The translations under genes and the position numbers were made by a program. Shown here one piece after another: positions 10,530 through 20,974 of a stretch of 64,000 bases of DNA (position 1 is the stretch's first letter; each line of letters opens with the position of its first letter). Under the pieces are notes generated by a model. That model saw nothing but the letters and a program-made list of their open reading frames with translations. It was not told the DNA's origin and did not search any database. This DNA is from Bugula neritina (lineage: Eukaryota; Animalia; Bryozoa), in contig OZ037766.1 in the NCBI GenBank assembly GCA_964035545.1, positions 16,854,722 through 16,918,721 of the forward strand. Reading direction: 5' to 3'.

Positions 10530-13500
10530 GAAGAAACGCAGGTCACCCAGACGGGTACCGCGTACTGGCAACCAACAGTGGCAACAGCCACGACGGACCA
10601 GCAAGGGGCTTCGCCCCGCGGCTGCCTTTTCTATGCCCCTTCACAACAGATTCACAGGGCTGCAAGTCCAAGAATCTGGATGGGAGCACACAAAGGTAGC
10701 TGAGGATCTAGCCTCGGCACCCCCGAGGCCTACCCATCACCGCCCCAAGAGACCTCCTTCGCGACCCAAAGCGAGGGAGGTACTCCCTGCGAGAGTAAGG
10801 CCTGAAGGGAGAGTTCAGGTGCAGCCCCATGGGAACAGCTATTTCTTGCCCGGTAAACTGGAAGGCAAAGCTGTTACTTTTCTCATTGATTCGGGCTGTA
10901 CCACAAACCTCTTAAGCCGCCAACTCTTCGACACCCTCAGCGCTAGGGTCAGGGGCGAGATGGAAGCATACGAAGGGGAATACGGCACCCTAGCTGACGG
11001 GTCGTGCCTTCCCTTCTATGGTATAATTGAGCTGACGGGACGAGTCCGCGATCAAACGATCCAAGAGACGTTCATCGTCAGTCAGCTCAAGGAGGATGCT
11101 ATCCTCGGGATGCCGTTCCTTAAACGGCACGGATGTCACATAGATTTTAGCAGATCTGCAATGATGATGTCCGGGCGGGAACTCGCCTGCGTCGACAAGT
11201 TCGGCTGCCCTTTAGTGGGAGGTGTGCAAGTGGTACGCAACCGTACCATACCAGGCCGCTCCCGGGCTACCATTCACTGCAGGGTGAATAGTAGCCGGAT
11301 CTCTGGACTCGGGGTGGTTGAAGGCGCGCACGAAAAGATCCAACTTGCCAGCAGTCTGAACCAGCTGACTGAGCAAGGGGAGATCTTAGTGCAGTGCGTC
11401 AACCCCTTTACCGAGCCTATCAAGCTCCCGGCTGGGTCGATGCTGGGCCGTTTTCACTCTGTTCAAGAGGGAGACGTAGGCCCGTCGCTGGGTGATGCGA
11501 CAGAGGCACTCCCTCGACACCCTATTCAGGGACGAGGGGCAGTCCCAACACATCTCCGGGAGTTATACGAGACGGCCAGTAACGGCTGCGCGAGTAACAG
11601 AGAGCGCCAGGCTATGGCCAAGTTACTACGCGACTACGGTGATGTGTTCAGCAGCGGAGAGCATGACGTGGGACTGACTGGAATTGTCAGACACGAAATA
11701 CCGCTGACTGCAGGGACAGTCCCTGTCCGGCAGCCCACATGCAGGCTGGGGCCGGAGAAAGAGAAGGAGGTTAGCCGACAAGTACGGGATCTTCTGGACC
11801 GGGGACTGATAGAGCCCGCCCATAGTGCGTGGAGCTCGCCAGTCGTACTGGTCCGGAAGAAAGACGGCAGTTGGCGGTTCTGTGTGGACTACCGCAAACT
11901 CAATAGCGTAACCATACAGGACGCCTACCCTCTACCTCGTATTGACGAGTCATTGGACGCCCTAGCCGGCAGCAAGTACTTCAGTACGTTAGACTTGCTA
12001 AGCGGCTATTGGCAGGTTCCTCTGAGTCCCGACGCCCAGGAGAAAGCGGCGTTTATCACACGGGACGGTTTGTGGAAGTGGAAGGTGCTGCCCTTCGGGT
12101 TAACCTCCGCCCCAGCCACCTTCCAGAGGTTGATGGAACAAGTCCTTAGCGGACTCCATTGGAAGACACTGCTGGTCTACCTCGATGATGTCATCGTAAT
12201 CTCTCCAGACTTCGAGACACATGTCAGTCGTCTGCAGGAGGTTTTCGAGAGACTCCGAGGTGCCGGTCTTAAGCTCAAACCTTCCAAGTGCGCTCTGTTG
12301 CAGCCGGAGGTCAAGTACCTGGGGCACGTTGTCGGTCGAAACGGCGTGGCAACGGATCCCGAAAAGGTACGGGCAGTAGAAGACTGGGTCACCCCTCAAG
12401 ACTTGACCGGACTCCGGGCTTTCTTGGGGCTGGTAGGGTATTACAGGCAATACATACCAGACTTTGCGGGCATAGCCCAGCCGTTAAACCGGCTTACCGC
12501 AAAGGGAGTGACGTGGCAGTGGACTCTAGTCGAACAAGAAGCGTTCGACCGCCTCAAGGGCTGCCTCCTAACGGCGCCCATCTTGGCCTATCCAGACCCC
12601 ACTCTGGAGTACATCCTAGACACGGACGCCAGTGACCAGAATGTTGGCGCTGTGCTGTCGCAAGTGCAGGAAGGCCGAGAGGTAGTAGTAGCCTACTACA
12701 GCAAGTCTCTCTCTCCCGCTGAACGAAATTACTGCACTACCCGCAAGGAGCTGCTGGCAGTGATCAAGTCAGTGAAGCACTTCAGACCATACCTATATGG
12801 CAGGAAGTTCCGGCTGCGTACGGATCATGCCTCGCTGATCTGGTTGTGCAGGAGAGCAGAGCCCTCTAGTCAGGTCGCCCGGTGGCTCGAAATCCTAGCT
12901 GAATTCTCGTACCGGATCGAACACCGACCGGGCAAGAGACACAGCAATGCGGATGGGTTGAGTCGCCGACCTGACGGAGGTTGCAAACAGTGTCTCAACA
13001 TCGAGAGGAGGGATGGAGGTCCCCCACGATGCGAGTTGGAGACGCTGGCTCATCACGGAGCACCGTTTGACTGGGATCAAGGTCAACTCAGGCCAAGAGT
13101 TGATGAGTCCCCGGAGGATGTACAAAACCTCCGCGCCAACCCTGTACTGGCCGGTAATGTTCGAGAGCTGAAGAAGCTCCAAGAAGAGCTGCCTGGAGTC
13201 GTGGCAGACATCTACCGGGCCAAAAGGGAAGGGCGACGACCCAGCGAGGAACGCATACGACAGGGATGCGCCGAGTTCCGGCTATACTGTCAGCGTTGGG
13301 ACTCGCTGCGGATCGGGCAGGATGGGTTGCTAACCATCTCTCTAGCTGCCAGCGGCAGACACCCGGAAAGGAAGAGGGTAGTCTGCCCCACAGCCATCCG
13401 CCGTGAGTTGATTTGGGATACTCACAAGCAGGCCCACGCAGGGGTCAAGCGAGTGATATCCAAATTACGACTCCGGTGGTATTGGCCGCAGATGGAGCGT

Positions 13501-13731
13501 GACGTCCGGCTCAGAGTCAAACAGTGTGAGATCTGCCAGGCCAGTAAGCATAGCCGCCCCCCTGGTGAAGCAGGACGGCGGAGGCTATATGCTGGTAGGC
13601 CCTGGCAAGTAGTCGCTGTAGACCTGGTCGGACCCATGCCCCTGACCCCCAGAGGCAATAATTGGATCCTAGTACTAACCTGGTGGGGGCGGTGTGGTGG
13701 TTCGTGGAACTACCAGCAGCACAACATGTAG
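10465..13731 (+). CDS. pol: Pol (aspartic protease, RT, RNase H, integrase N-terminal part only), -1 frame relative to gag
   Basis: FLIDSGC (D at 10888), LPFGLTSAPATFQR, YLDD (12178-12189), DTDAS / TDH / NADGLSR RNase H motifs, H-X3-H...CEIC integrase zinc finger, and VDLVGP (first catalytic D, 13621). The frame then runs into the PPT and 3' LTR. Confidence 0.95.
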   Translation, partial: VKLPRPADVPTFRGPTMKPLGKKKRRSPRRVPRTGNQQWQQPRRTSKGLRPAAAFSMPLHNRFTGLQVQESGWEHTKVAEDLASAPPRPTHHRPKRPPSRPKAREVLPARVRPEGRVQVQPHGNSYFLPGKLEGKAVTFLIDSGCTTNLLSRQLFDTLSARVRGEMEAYEGEYGTLADGSCLPFYGIIELTGRVRDQTIQETFIVSQLKEDAILGMPFLKRHGCHIDFSRSAMMMSGRELACVDKFGCPLVGGVQVVRNRTIPGRSRATIHCRVNSSRISGLGVVEGAHEKIQLASSLNQLTEQGEILVQCVNPFTEPIKLPAGSMLGRFHSVQEGDVGPSLGDATEALPRHPIQGRGAVPTHLRELYETASNGCASNRERQAMAKLLRDYGDVFSSGEHDVGLTGIVRHEIPLTAGTVPVRQPTCRLGPEKEKEVSRQVRDLLDRGLIEPAHSAWSSPVVLVRKKDGSWRFCVDYRKLNSVTIQDAYPLPRIDESLDALAGSKYFSTLDLLSGYWQVPLSPDAQEKAAFITRDGLWKWKVLPFGLTSAPATFQRLMEQVLSGLHWKTLLVYLDDVIVISPDFETHVSRLQEVFERLRGAGLKLKPSKCALLQPEVKYLGHVVGRNGVATDPEKVRAVEDWVTPQDLTGLRAFLGLVGYYRQYIPDFAGIAQPLNRLTAKGVTWQWTLVEQEAFDRLKGCLLTAPILAYPDPTLEYILDTDASDQNVGAVLSQVQEGREVVVAYYSKSLSPAERNYCTTRKELLAVIKSVKHFRPYLYGRKFRLRTDHASLIWLCRRAEPSSQVARWLEILAEFSYRIEHRPGKRHSNADGLSRRPDGGCKQCLNIERRDGGPPRCELETLAHHGAPFDWDQGQLRPRVDESPEDVQNLRANPVLAGNVRELKKLQEELPGVVADIYRAKREGRRPSEERIRQGCAEFRLYCQRWDSLRIGQDGLLTISLAASGRHPERKRVVCPTAIRRELIWDTHKQAHAGVKRVISKLRLRWYWPQMERDVRLRVKQCEICQASKHSRPPGEAGRRRLYAGRPWQVVAVDLVGPMPLTPRGNNWILVLTWWGRCGGSWNYQQHNM
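13681..13692 (+). promoter_or_regulatory. Polypurine-tract-like sequence
   Basis: G-rich TGGTGGGGGCGG directly before the TG of the 3' LTR. Confidence 0.75.
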
Positions 13732-13997
13732 GGTCGCGTAATGGACCCGGAACAATGGATAGCCAATTAGCATAATTGATAGTTAGCAGCAATTGTAGTT
13801 TCCCGCTGCTAACTCAGTCGAAGCTAGAGTGTGAAATAGATTAGATGTGTAACTTGTTAGAAATAATGTATCGTGTTTTTATGATGTATAGTTGTGAATA
13901 AAATATACTCGTTTACTCGACTTAGCCTGGTGCAGTTCTATACTAGATAAATAGACTCTCTGGATAGCATATCAACCCTAAACTGAAAATTATAACA
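13693..13997 (+). repeat. 3' LTR (305 bp)
   Basis: 304/305 identical to the 5' LTR; followed by TSD GTAT. Confidence 0.98.
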
Positions 13998-14169
13998 GTA
14001 TTAGTATTACTATTAGTATTAGTATTAGTATTAGTATTCAAATTGATATAATAAGTATAACATTCATGTTGTTGAAGCCTTCTTTTCGTTTTCAACCCTT
14101 TGGTTTTGACATGAAAGACAGATTATGCTTTTAATTGACTACAAATCTGCAATGTGCGGATTCACTGTC

Positions 14170-15277
14170 ATTACAAGAGATACCGGGTATAAATGGATAC
14201 CTCCTTAACTGGATACTCGATTTTCTTTCCGACCGACAGCAGTCTGTTGTACTTAGAGGGGCAAGCTCTCAAAAGTGCCGAGTAACCTCAGGAGTGCCGC
14301 AGGGATCTGTGCTAGGCCCAATCCTGTTTTTGTGCTATATAAATGATCTTCCGGATTTGTTGTCATGTAAAGTCAGCCTCTATGCTGATGACACTCTACT
14401 TTACCAAACTGTGAACACCACTAAGGATGCAGAACTATTCCAAACTAACATTAACGCTGTATATGAGTGGTCTCTAAAATGGAAAATGCCCTTCAATGAA
14501 CAGAAATGCCAAGCAATTAATTTTGGTAAGGTAACCCCTATATCACACTACAAACTCGGTACCACATGCCTTGCGTGGGTACAAAGCACTAAATACCTTG
14601 GGGTAACCATCCAGTCAAACCTAAAGTTTGATCAACACATAAATAACAAGTGTACCAAGTCCCGGAAAATTCTTGGCGGCATCAAGCATTTGATGTATGA
14701 TGCCCCAAAAGATGCTAAGCTATTGGCTTATACAAGTCTATGTAGGCCTATACTCGATTATGCGGATGTGGTTTGGGATCCTGCGGCTAGGGGTAAAGTG
14801 CATGATATAGAGCTGGTCCAGAACAGTGCCATACGATTTATAAGCAATATGAAGGGACGTGCTGACAGTGTTTCTGAGGCGAGGGATGAGTTAGGACTCC
14901 GGTCGCTGGAAGACAGACGAAAAAATCATCGACTGTGTTTGCTGACCCGAATTCTTCAAAATGAGGATCAACACCAGTCTCTATCCAGAGCCTATGACGA
15001 AATAATTGAAGGCAGGGAACTTGTAACTGTAACCACTCGAGCGGCTGCCAGAGGAGAGCTTATCTCTATATCATCTAGGAAAAACTTATTCCACACTAGT
15101 TTTCTACCACGAACAATTCGTGAAATGCGCGGAGAATATAATAACTAATTACAAAACAGCAAATGCTGTAACTGGTGCTAACCCTGGTCCAATGTAAGTT
15201 TTCACTAGAGGCTTCCCTATAGACTTTCCAGTTGCTGCGGAAGTCCTACCTCAACTGAGGTAATAAACTGAGGTAAT
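14170..15277 (+). mobile_element. 5'-truncated non-LTR retrotransposon (CR1/L2-group LINE): C-terminal RT plus 3' UTR
   Basis: Uninterrupted frame to 15148 with GVPQGSVLGPILFLCYINDLP, YADD, KYLGV and AYTSLCRPILDY. 3' stem-loop at 15222-15245 and tandem tail AACTGAGGTAAT(A) x2 at 15253-15277. 5' boundary approximate. Confidence 0.88.
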
Positions 15278-15984
15278 GCCCACAGTAAAACGAACGACAC
15301 GGCAACGCACTGTTAGTGTTAGTGTTACTGTTAGTGTTACTCAGAGTTAGTGTTACTAATATTAATAGTAATACTTGTAGTTGTAGTACTAGTACTAGTA
15401 CTGTAGTAGTTGTTGTTGTTAATCGTTTTTGGTTGTCAATGAATATGATATTGATTATGAATATGATTCACTCAAAGTCAATGTCATAGTCATAGTGATA
15501 GTGATAATCAACTTCAAGTCAAACTCAATGCCAATGGTCAATGTTCTATTTTGAACTTAATCATGATCATAAAGGTTACCATAATGATTGGCTAATTAAG
15601 TGAGTGAATATGATTAAGTTAAATATTGGGTTTGACTGCAAAAATTGAATATAATAATCATAAAATAATCATAATTTAATCATAAAACAATAAATGATAT
15701 TTATAATAATCAATAATTATAAATCATAATGCTTACACTTGCAGTTAATGATAATTATAATGATTATTGATAATCATTATCAATAATCATAAAATAACAC
15801 TAATGTTAGAAATCAGTATAAGTTTGAGCATCATTAACGATATTTAGTTTAGTAAATAAATAGATGAGTAAAATTGAATCAGTAAGGATTAACTATAACT
15901 ATTAGGATGAGAATAAGTATAATAATAATGAAAAAAACAACATGAATATGAATAACGATAATCGTAAAGACAATCTGAATCGTT

Positions 15985-16345
15985 ATTTGGGCTACTGAAT
16001 AAAAGAGAAAGACTTGGGAGAAGATTAAGATAGGAATGCATCAGGATTTGTAACTGGGACTAATCCATCATTGGAAAACATCGACTACAGCCATCCTCAT
16101 TTTAATTGGAGCTCCTGGAGCTATATAAATTTATAAGACTTTAGAGTGGATGGCAATACTAGTTTTTGAACTAGCTGAAAACAAACACACTATGATTCAC
16201 GGCACTCGGCAGCCTCACTAAAATCAGATAATATTTTTAAAAACTCGAATTTGTTACAACCTAGTGAAATCAGGTCAATAATAGTAGTTTGTACCAGCAA
16301 AAATGCATGCTATACAACCAACAATAATGGAATAATAGAATAATG
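15985..16345 (+). mobile_element. Decayed 3' fragment of the Dong/R4 family found at 55023-58301
   Basis: Aligns by eye to the 3' end of that element (ATTGGAGCTCCTGGAGCT vs ATTGGAGCCCTTGGAGCT; TGGATGGCA; ATACAACCAA) and ends in a decayed (AAT)n tail. Confidence 0.75.
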
Positions 16346-16869
16346 TTGTGATGGGATTATCAATTTATGAATATCACGCTCACTAGAATTATAACATTAA
16401 CTTAAACTATACATCAATTATCATTCTATAAATATAAGTATAATATTAACTATAATTGTATCATATCATATGTCATATTATGACTACATGCGTTTTCAGC
16501 TCTAAATTTCTCGAGTCCAACATGTATTTTAACCTTTGAGCCATGCAGATAGTTGTTTGTGTCAATGAAGATGCAATTTCTTCAGGAGTTACTATGTATG
16601 CTCCAGCTAGTGCATTTTCACAAACACTGCAATGATTTATAGTAATATATCAATTAACAACTAATAGTACCCGCATTCAATTTTACTTTTTTTGTTATTT
16701 TAGTTATTGTTTCGGTAACTTTTTTGTAGAATGTGCTTCTATATAAAGAAAATTGGGGAGGGGATTGATAGCAAAACTTGTTATATTTTAATATATATTT
16801 GTTTCATATTGTAAGCATTAGTTTAAATACTTTTGCCGATAACCATTTTGCTTTTCACTTATTGAGTAA

Positions 16870-17244
16870 AGACCTGGCCACACACTCGTGAGAATCACAC
16901 GAAATCGTCTATTTGACGCGAAAGCACAATCGTACGAGAAAATTTGAGGGAATTCAAAAGAAATCTTCTTCGTTGGGTGTACACAACGAAGACGATTGAC
17001 GAAAAATCACAAGCAACGATAAACACCATTTGATTGGTCAATAGAATTTTAGCAACAGTAATTATTTCATTTCTATCACGTTTCTCTGTTTGGCAATTTT
17101 CTGCTGTTTGTATCTCATGCAAGACTCATTCAATGACTATTATGTGTTTTGTCCGACGAGTGTGTGGCTGGTCATAACAAAAGGATAACGCACGAAAATC
17201 GTCACACGATTTTGTGTGATTCTCACAAGCGTGAGGCCACGCCT
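16870..17244. mobile_element. MITE with ~38-bp TIRs, PIF/Harbinger-like
   Basis: AGACCTGGCCACACACTCGTGAGAATCACACGAAATCGT ... ACGATTTTGTGTGATTCTCACAAGCGTGAGGCCACGCCT, flanked by TAA on both sides. Confidence 0.75.
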
Positions 17245-17306
17245 TAACTTTAGCTGTGTGGTCTTTGCAGCGCAGAAATTTTATTTCCAAAACATTGTAT
17301 ATACTT

Positions 17307-17311
17307 ATATA

Positions 17312-17342
<31 letters not shown>

Positions 17343-17477
17343 GTACATATGTATGTATGTGTATATATGTATATATGTATATATATATATGGATATGTAT
17401 ATATGTATGTATGTATATGTATGTATGTATGTATGTGTATATGTATATATGTATGTATGTATATGTATGTATGTATG

Positions 17478-17555
<78 letters not shown>
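17307..17555. repeat. Compound (TA)n/(TATG)n microsatellite
   Basis: Direct inspection. Confidence 0.97.
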
Positions 17556-17558
<3 letters not shown>

Positions 17559-17880
17559 AATAATGTAAAGCCATTTCATTTATAAGCGATTAAAATGAAT
17601 GGTAAGGTAAACGTAGCTTTGTGTTTAGCTTTTCTAGCTGTTCTCACTCTCACAATTAGCATCAATATAACTTGTATTGAATTTTTGTACATGTTTAGCA
17701 TGTGTAAACCTTTATAGTGTCAGAGAAAATCAACATTGGTGCATACAGAAGAACCACAACTTTGGGAGGGGGTCTTACACTGATTCTGTGATATTATTAT
17801 AAACATCTATGTTCATGCTATTTTTTAATGTCAGTTATTGTAGGAACTGGGTGGGATGTATTTGTTGAATTTACTCAGTC

Positions 17881-17952
17881 ATTCCTGTGGTGTAATTGTT
17901 AGGGCACCTGCTTACATACTGGAGGTCTCAGGTTTGAATGCCAGTAGGGCAA
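17881..17952 (+). pseudogene. tRNA-like relic (SINE head or tRNA pseudogene)
   Basis: A-box-like TGGTGTAATTGTTAG and decayed B-box GGTTTGAATGCC at tRNA spacing; stems imperfect. Confidence 0.5.
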
Positions 17953-19586
17953 TTGTTTTTCAGTTATTTTTTTGAAAAGTCTAGCATGCTGTAAGCTCGA
18001 ATAAATTTAAAAAAACAACTCTTAAACCATTTACCAGTTTCTATATTATTATATAATAACACAATGTTATGTACTTAGTGATAACAAACATGCAATAACC
18101 ATTCTTGTTAATATCACAGAATAATTGTGATACTTAGAATTTCTCAGAGTGCTGTAAATAAAATCACACGTAATACTGCAGCCATTTCTTCATAAGGAGA
18201 GGAAGTAAGAACCAAAAAGACCAATCAAACTAGCAGCTAGGTACCTATTTTAGTCACATCTCTTAACTTTACAGTGTTCATTGTATAGAAATAGGGTGGT
18301 CAAAGTAATGGTGTATAGTGCACCATAGTTTATAAAAATAGTATTACTGGTATAAAACTGTGCAAGGTGCTATAATTAGCTTAAACATGTAGCTGAGCAT
18401 AGAAAAATATACGTTCAAGTTTCTATTGATAATTTAAATAGTTTATTTAGATTTTTAAAAGACATAGTGGTATTGTGAATAATAAAAACCTATATACATG
18501 TATATAAAAATAAGAAAAATATTGCATATATGTAATACTAGTCGAGAAATAGTCAAACATTATAATGAGTAAAATTGGACAGTCTACCTACCATGAAGCA
18601 GAACAAATGCATGTATGCCAGCACATTGTAGTTAAAAAAATGAATAAAAATATAACTATTCTTGCAAAAAAGTAACTTTACTGGTAGTTAAAAATACTCT
18701 ACCTGCATTTTAAAAATAAAAAGCCTTCAAAAAATAAGAACATCAAAGTTAAAATTGTGCATTAGTAGACATATTTTATCTCAGCATAGATAAATAGCCT
18801 TACCTACTCATCTATTGAGCAACATTTTTCTACAAATTTAATGTGAACCAAATATCATGAAACACTCTCAGCTGCACAGATTGATTTGCATGTGCTGCTC
18901 CTATATATTTCACCTCTAACTATGATTACACATGTCGAGTTTGTTTCTCCAAAAGCTAATTTAAATCAACAATTTAAACTATCTTTGTTTTTTTTATTCA
19001 AAATGATTTTATGTTACTGCAAAATATGTTTAGAGCTTGACTTGTGTAGTTTATCTTAAATAAGTCAAACTTGAAACGGCACAGTTAGTATTATACGTAG
19101 CTGTGCAATGATAAAAAGTTTGTAATAATGATTAATGATTGAATGTCATCTTAAAGATAGCTATGAGTTATTTCCTGTTAGGCCCTACCCATAAATAATG
19201 ATTAAAATATAATATGCTATCAACTTGTCCAGAATATCATTTGAAGTTTGCTTCATCACTTCAGGAACTGTTGCATTGGGAAGCTGCATACTATATCTAT
19301 TGTGATTTAATTAGAATAATGATTAGGTTAAATATAAGGCAATACTAGATACAATAACTTAAACAATATTTTAAATGGCACTTGTGTTCCACTCTGCAAA
19401 AATTTATACTGAAATGGTATGCTAGTGCATGGTTATAAATTATTTTTGGATAATTAATGGAAAATACTTGCAATATACTCGTATTTCAAGACCCATGATT
19501 AAAGGCAATTTATAATATGTGAGAAGAAACCAAAACATTTTTAGGTTAGTAGTGAGCATTCAATATTCATCACGAGTTGAATCTGA

Positions 19587-20974
19587 TTAGATTTTGACAC
19601 AGACATGTGCAATGGGCACTGTTACCCGGGCTGGCTCGTACACCCAGTATAAGGGACCTGCAGGTGTTGATTGTCTGCAGCTGTTCTGTCTAAGCAGTCG
19701 AACGACGTCTATTTCCACCCGGTCTGACACTTTGGGTGGGTTTAAAGATTGACAGAGATCTGGACATGGTATAGCAAGTTCTATAGTAGGTGGCCAAATG
19801 TTCACTCCTTCTTTAGCTATCATAGTAACTATTTTCCTAATAAAAATAATGGCATGCAAGAGTATTGACTGTGAGAGAGATTAAGTGTGCGGGTTTTTCT
19901 ACAATGACTCAGGTTGAACACATGTTTAGATATTGAAGGGTGAGCCTGTATAAGGCTTTCTGTGAAGTACAGTATTTGCATACTAAAAGGAAGTTGGCAA
20001 TTGATTGAACATATTAAAGTTCTGTAATGATCATCTTGTATAAAACTTTGTATTACAGATAAAGGAGGTATTAATTGTTGAGCGGTTTACTTTTTTAGTA
20101 AATGCAAAACTGTTTTTCTAGCTACATAACCTGTTTTATTATAATTCAAACATACTGTTGATGATAATTCTTACTCACTTGCATACAAAGTAAAACTAAA
20201 TATGCTGCATTGGTTCCAACTCATGGTGTTGCATGAACTTGAAATTTGAGAATATAAGTCGAAGTATTTCTAAATAACTTTTTGTTTATATTCATGATAA
20301 ACAATTTCAAACAGTGCCCGTTGGCTAAATACCACACATCAGTTTTTCAAATTAAATTTAAGCATTTAAGGTTGCTCCAACTTAAAATATGTGATCATAT
20401 ATATTAATTTTCCATATTCTTATTATACTAACTTGATAGTCTAAACTGTTCTGCTTACACGCTTCAAGTGTTAGACTTTGTTGAAATATATACTGTATAA
20501 AGCTATTTTTCAAATGAATTTAAATAAAAATAAACAGATTGCACTTTCAGCTGTTAAAGTTAGCAACCCTAATCAAAGTTTGTGCAGACTTGCAATTGTT
20601 TCTAATCATGCTGCATTTTATTTATAAAAGCATCGTCATGTAAACATAGGTTAATAAAGCACTTACCATGGACTTAGAGCCTTCAATCTCATTGGCAGAG
20701 CATGCACCAACTGCTGGTTAACAGTGGTGGGGCAATCGTCTGTTGAATGATCTGTTATAAAATTGTGCAGGAGAAGCTGCTTTTCAACTACCTCTTCTAT
20801 GTTTGTGGAGTGTTGATATTTGCCGAGCATTGTTTCCAATTTAATCAAAGGTGGTTGTACAGCACCAGCGGCAATGCAGCTCTCTTCATCTTCTAGTTCT
20901 GTAGAATCAGCTAAGCTTCGTATGAGTCCGTGCCGTAAGAAAACCAGTATTGTTAAGAACTTTAGAACACCCAT
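19587..20974 (-). CDS. Secreted interleukin-17-like cytokine, ~185 aa, two coding exons
   Basis: Exons 20974-20667 (TG|GTAAGT) and 19836-19587 (TTAG|G) join in frame. Hydrophobic N-terminal signal peptide. KALSPW...NIWPPTIELAIPCPDLC...VVRLLRQNSC...RVTVPIAHVCV parallels IL-17 RSxSPW...NRYPxxIxEAxC-x4-C...VLRR...C...VxVGCTCV. Confidence 0.78.

Larger units (their letters stand above)
9227..13997 (+). mobile_element. Ty3/Gypsy LTR retrotransposon, very recent insertion, integrase core deleted
   Basis: TG...CA LTRs at 9227-9531 and 13693-13997, 4-bp TSD GTAT (9223-9226 and 13998-14001), PBS, PPT, and gag plus PR-RT-RH-IN domain order. Confidence 0.98.

Noticed and set aside
9841-13792. Antisense and alternate-frame ORFs inside the Gypsy
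   Set aside because: Expected by-products of GC-rich coding sequence; no motifs and no env-like ORF.
17216-17585. YI/YV/HT-repeat ORFs (also near 23785-24058, 36554-37004 and 44381-44636)
   Set aside because: Translations of (TA)n, (TATG)n and (CA)n microsatellites.
17881-17952. Functional tRNA gene
   Set aside because: T-loop reads TTTGA rather than TTCGA and the stems pair poorly; treated as a relic.
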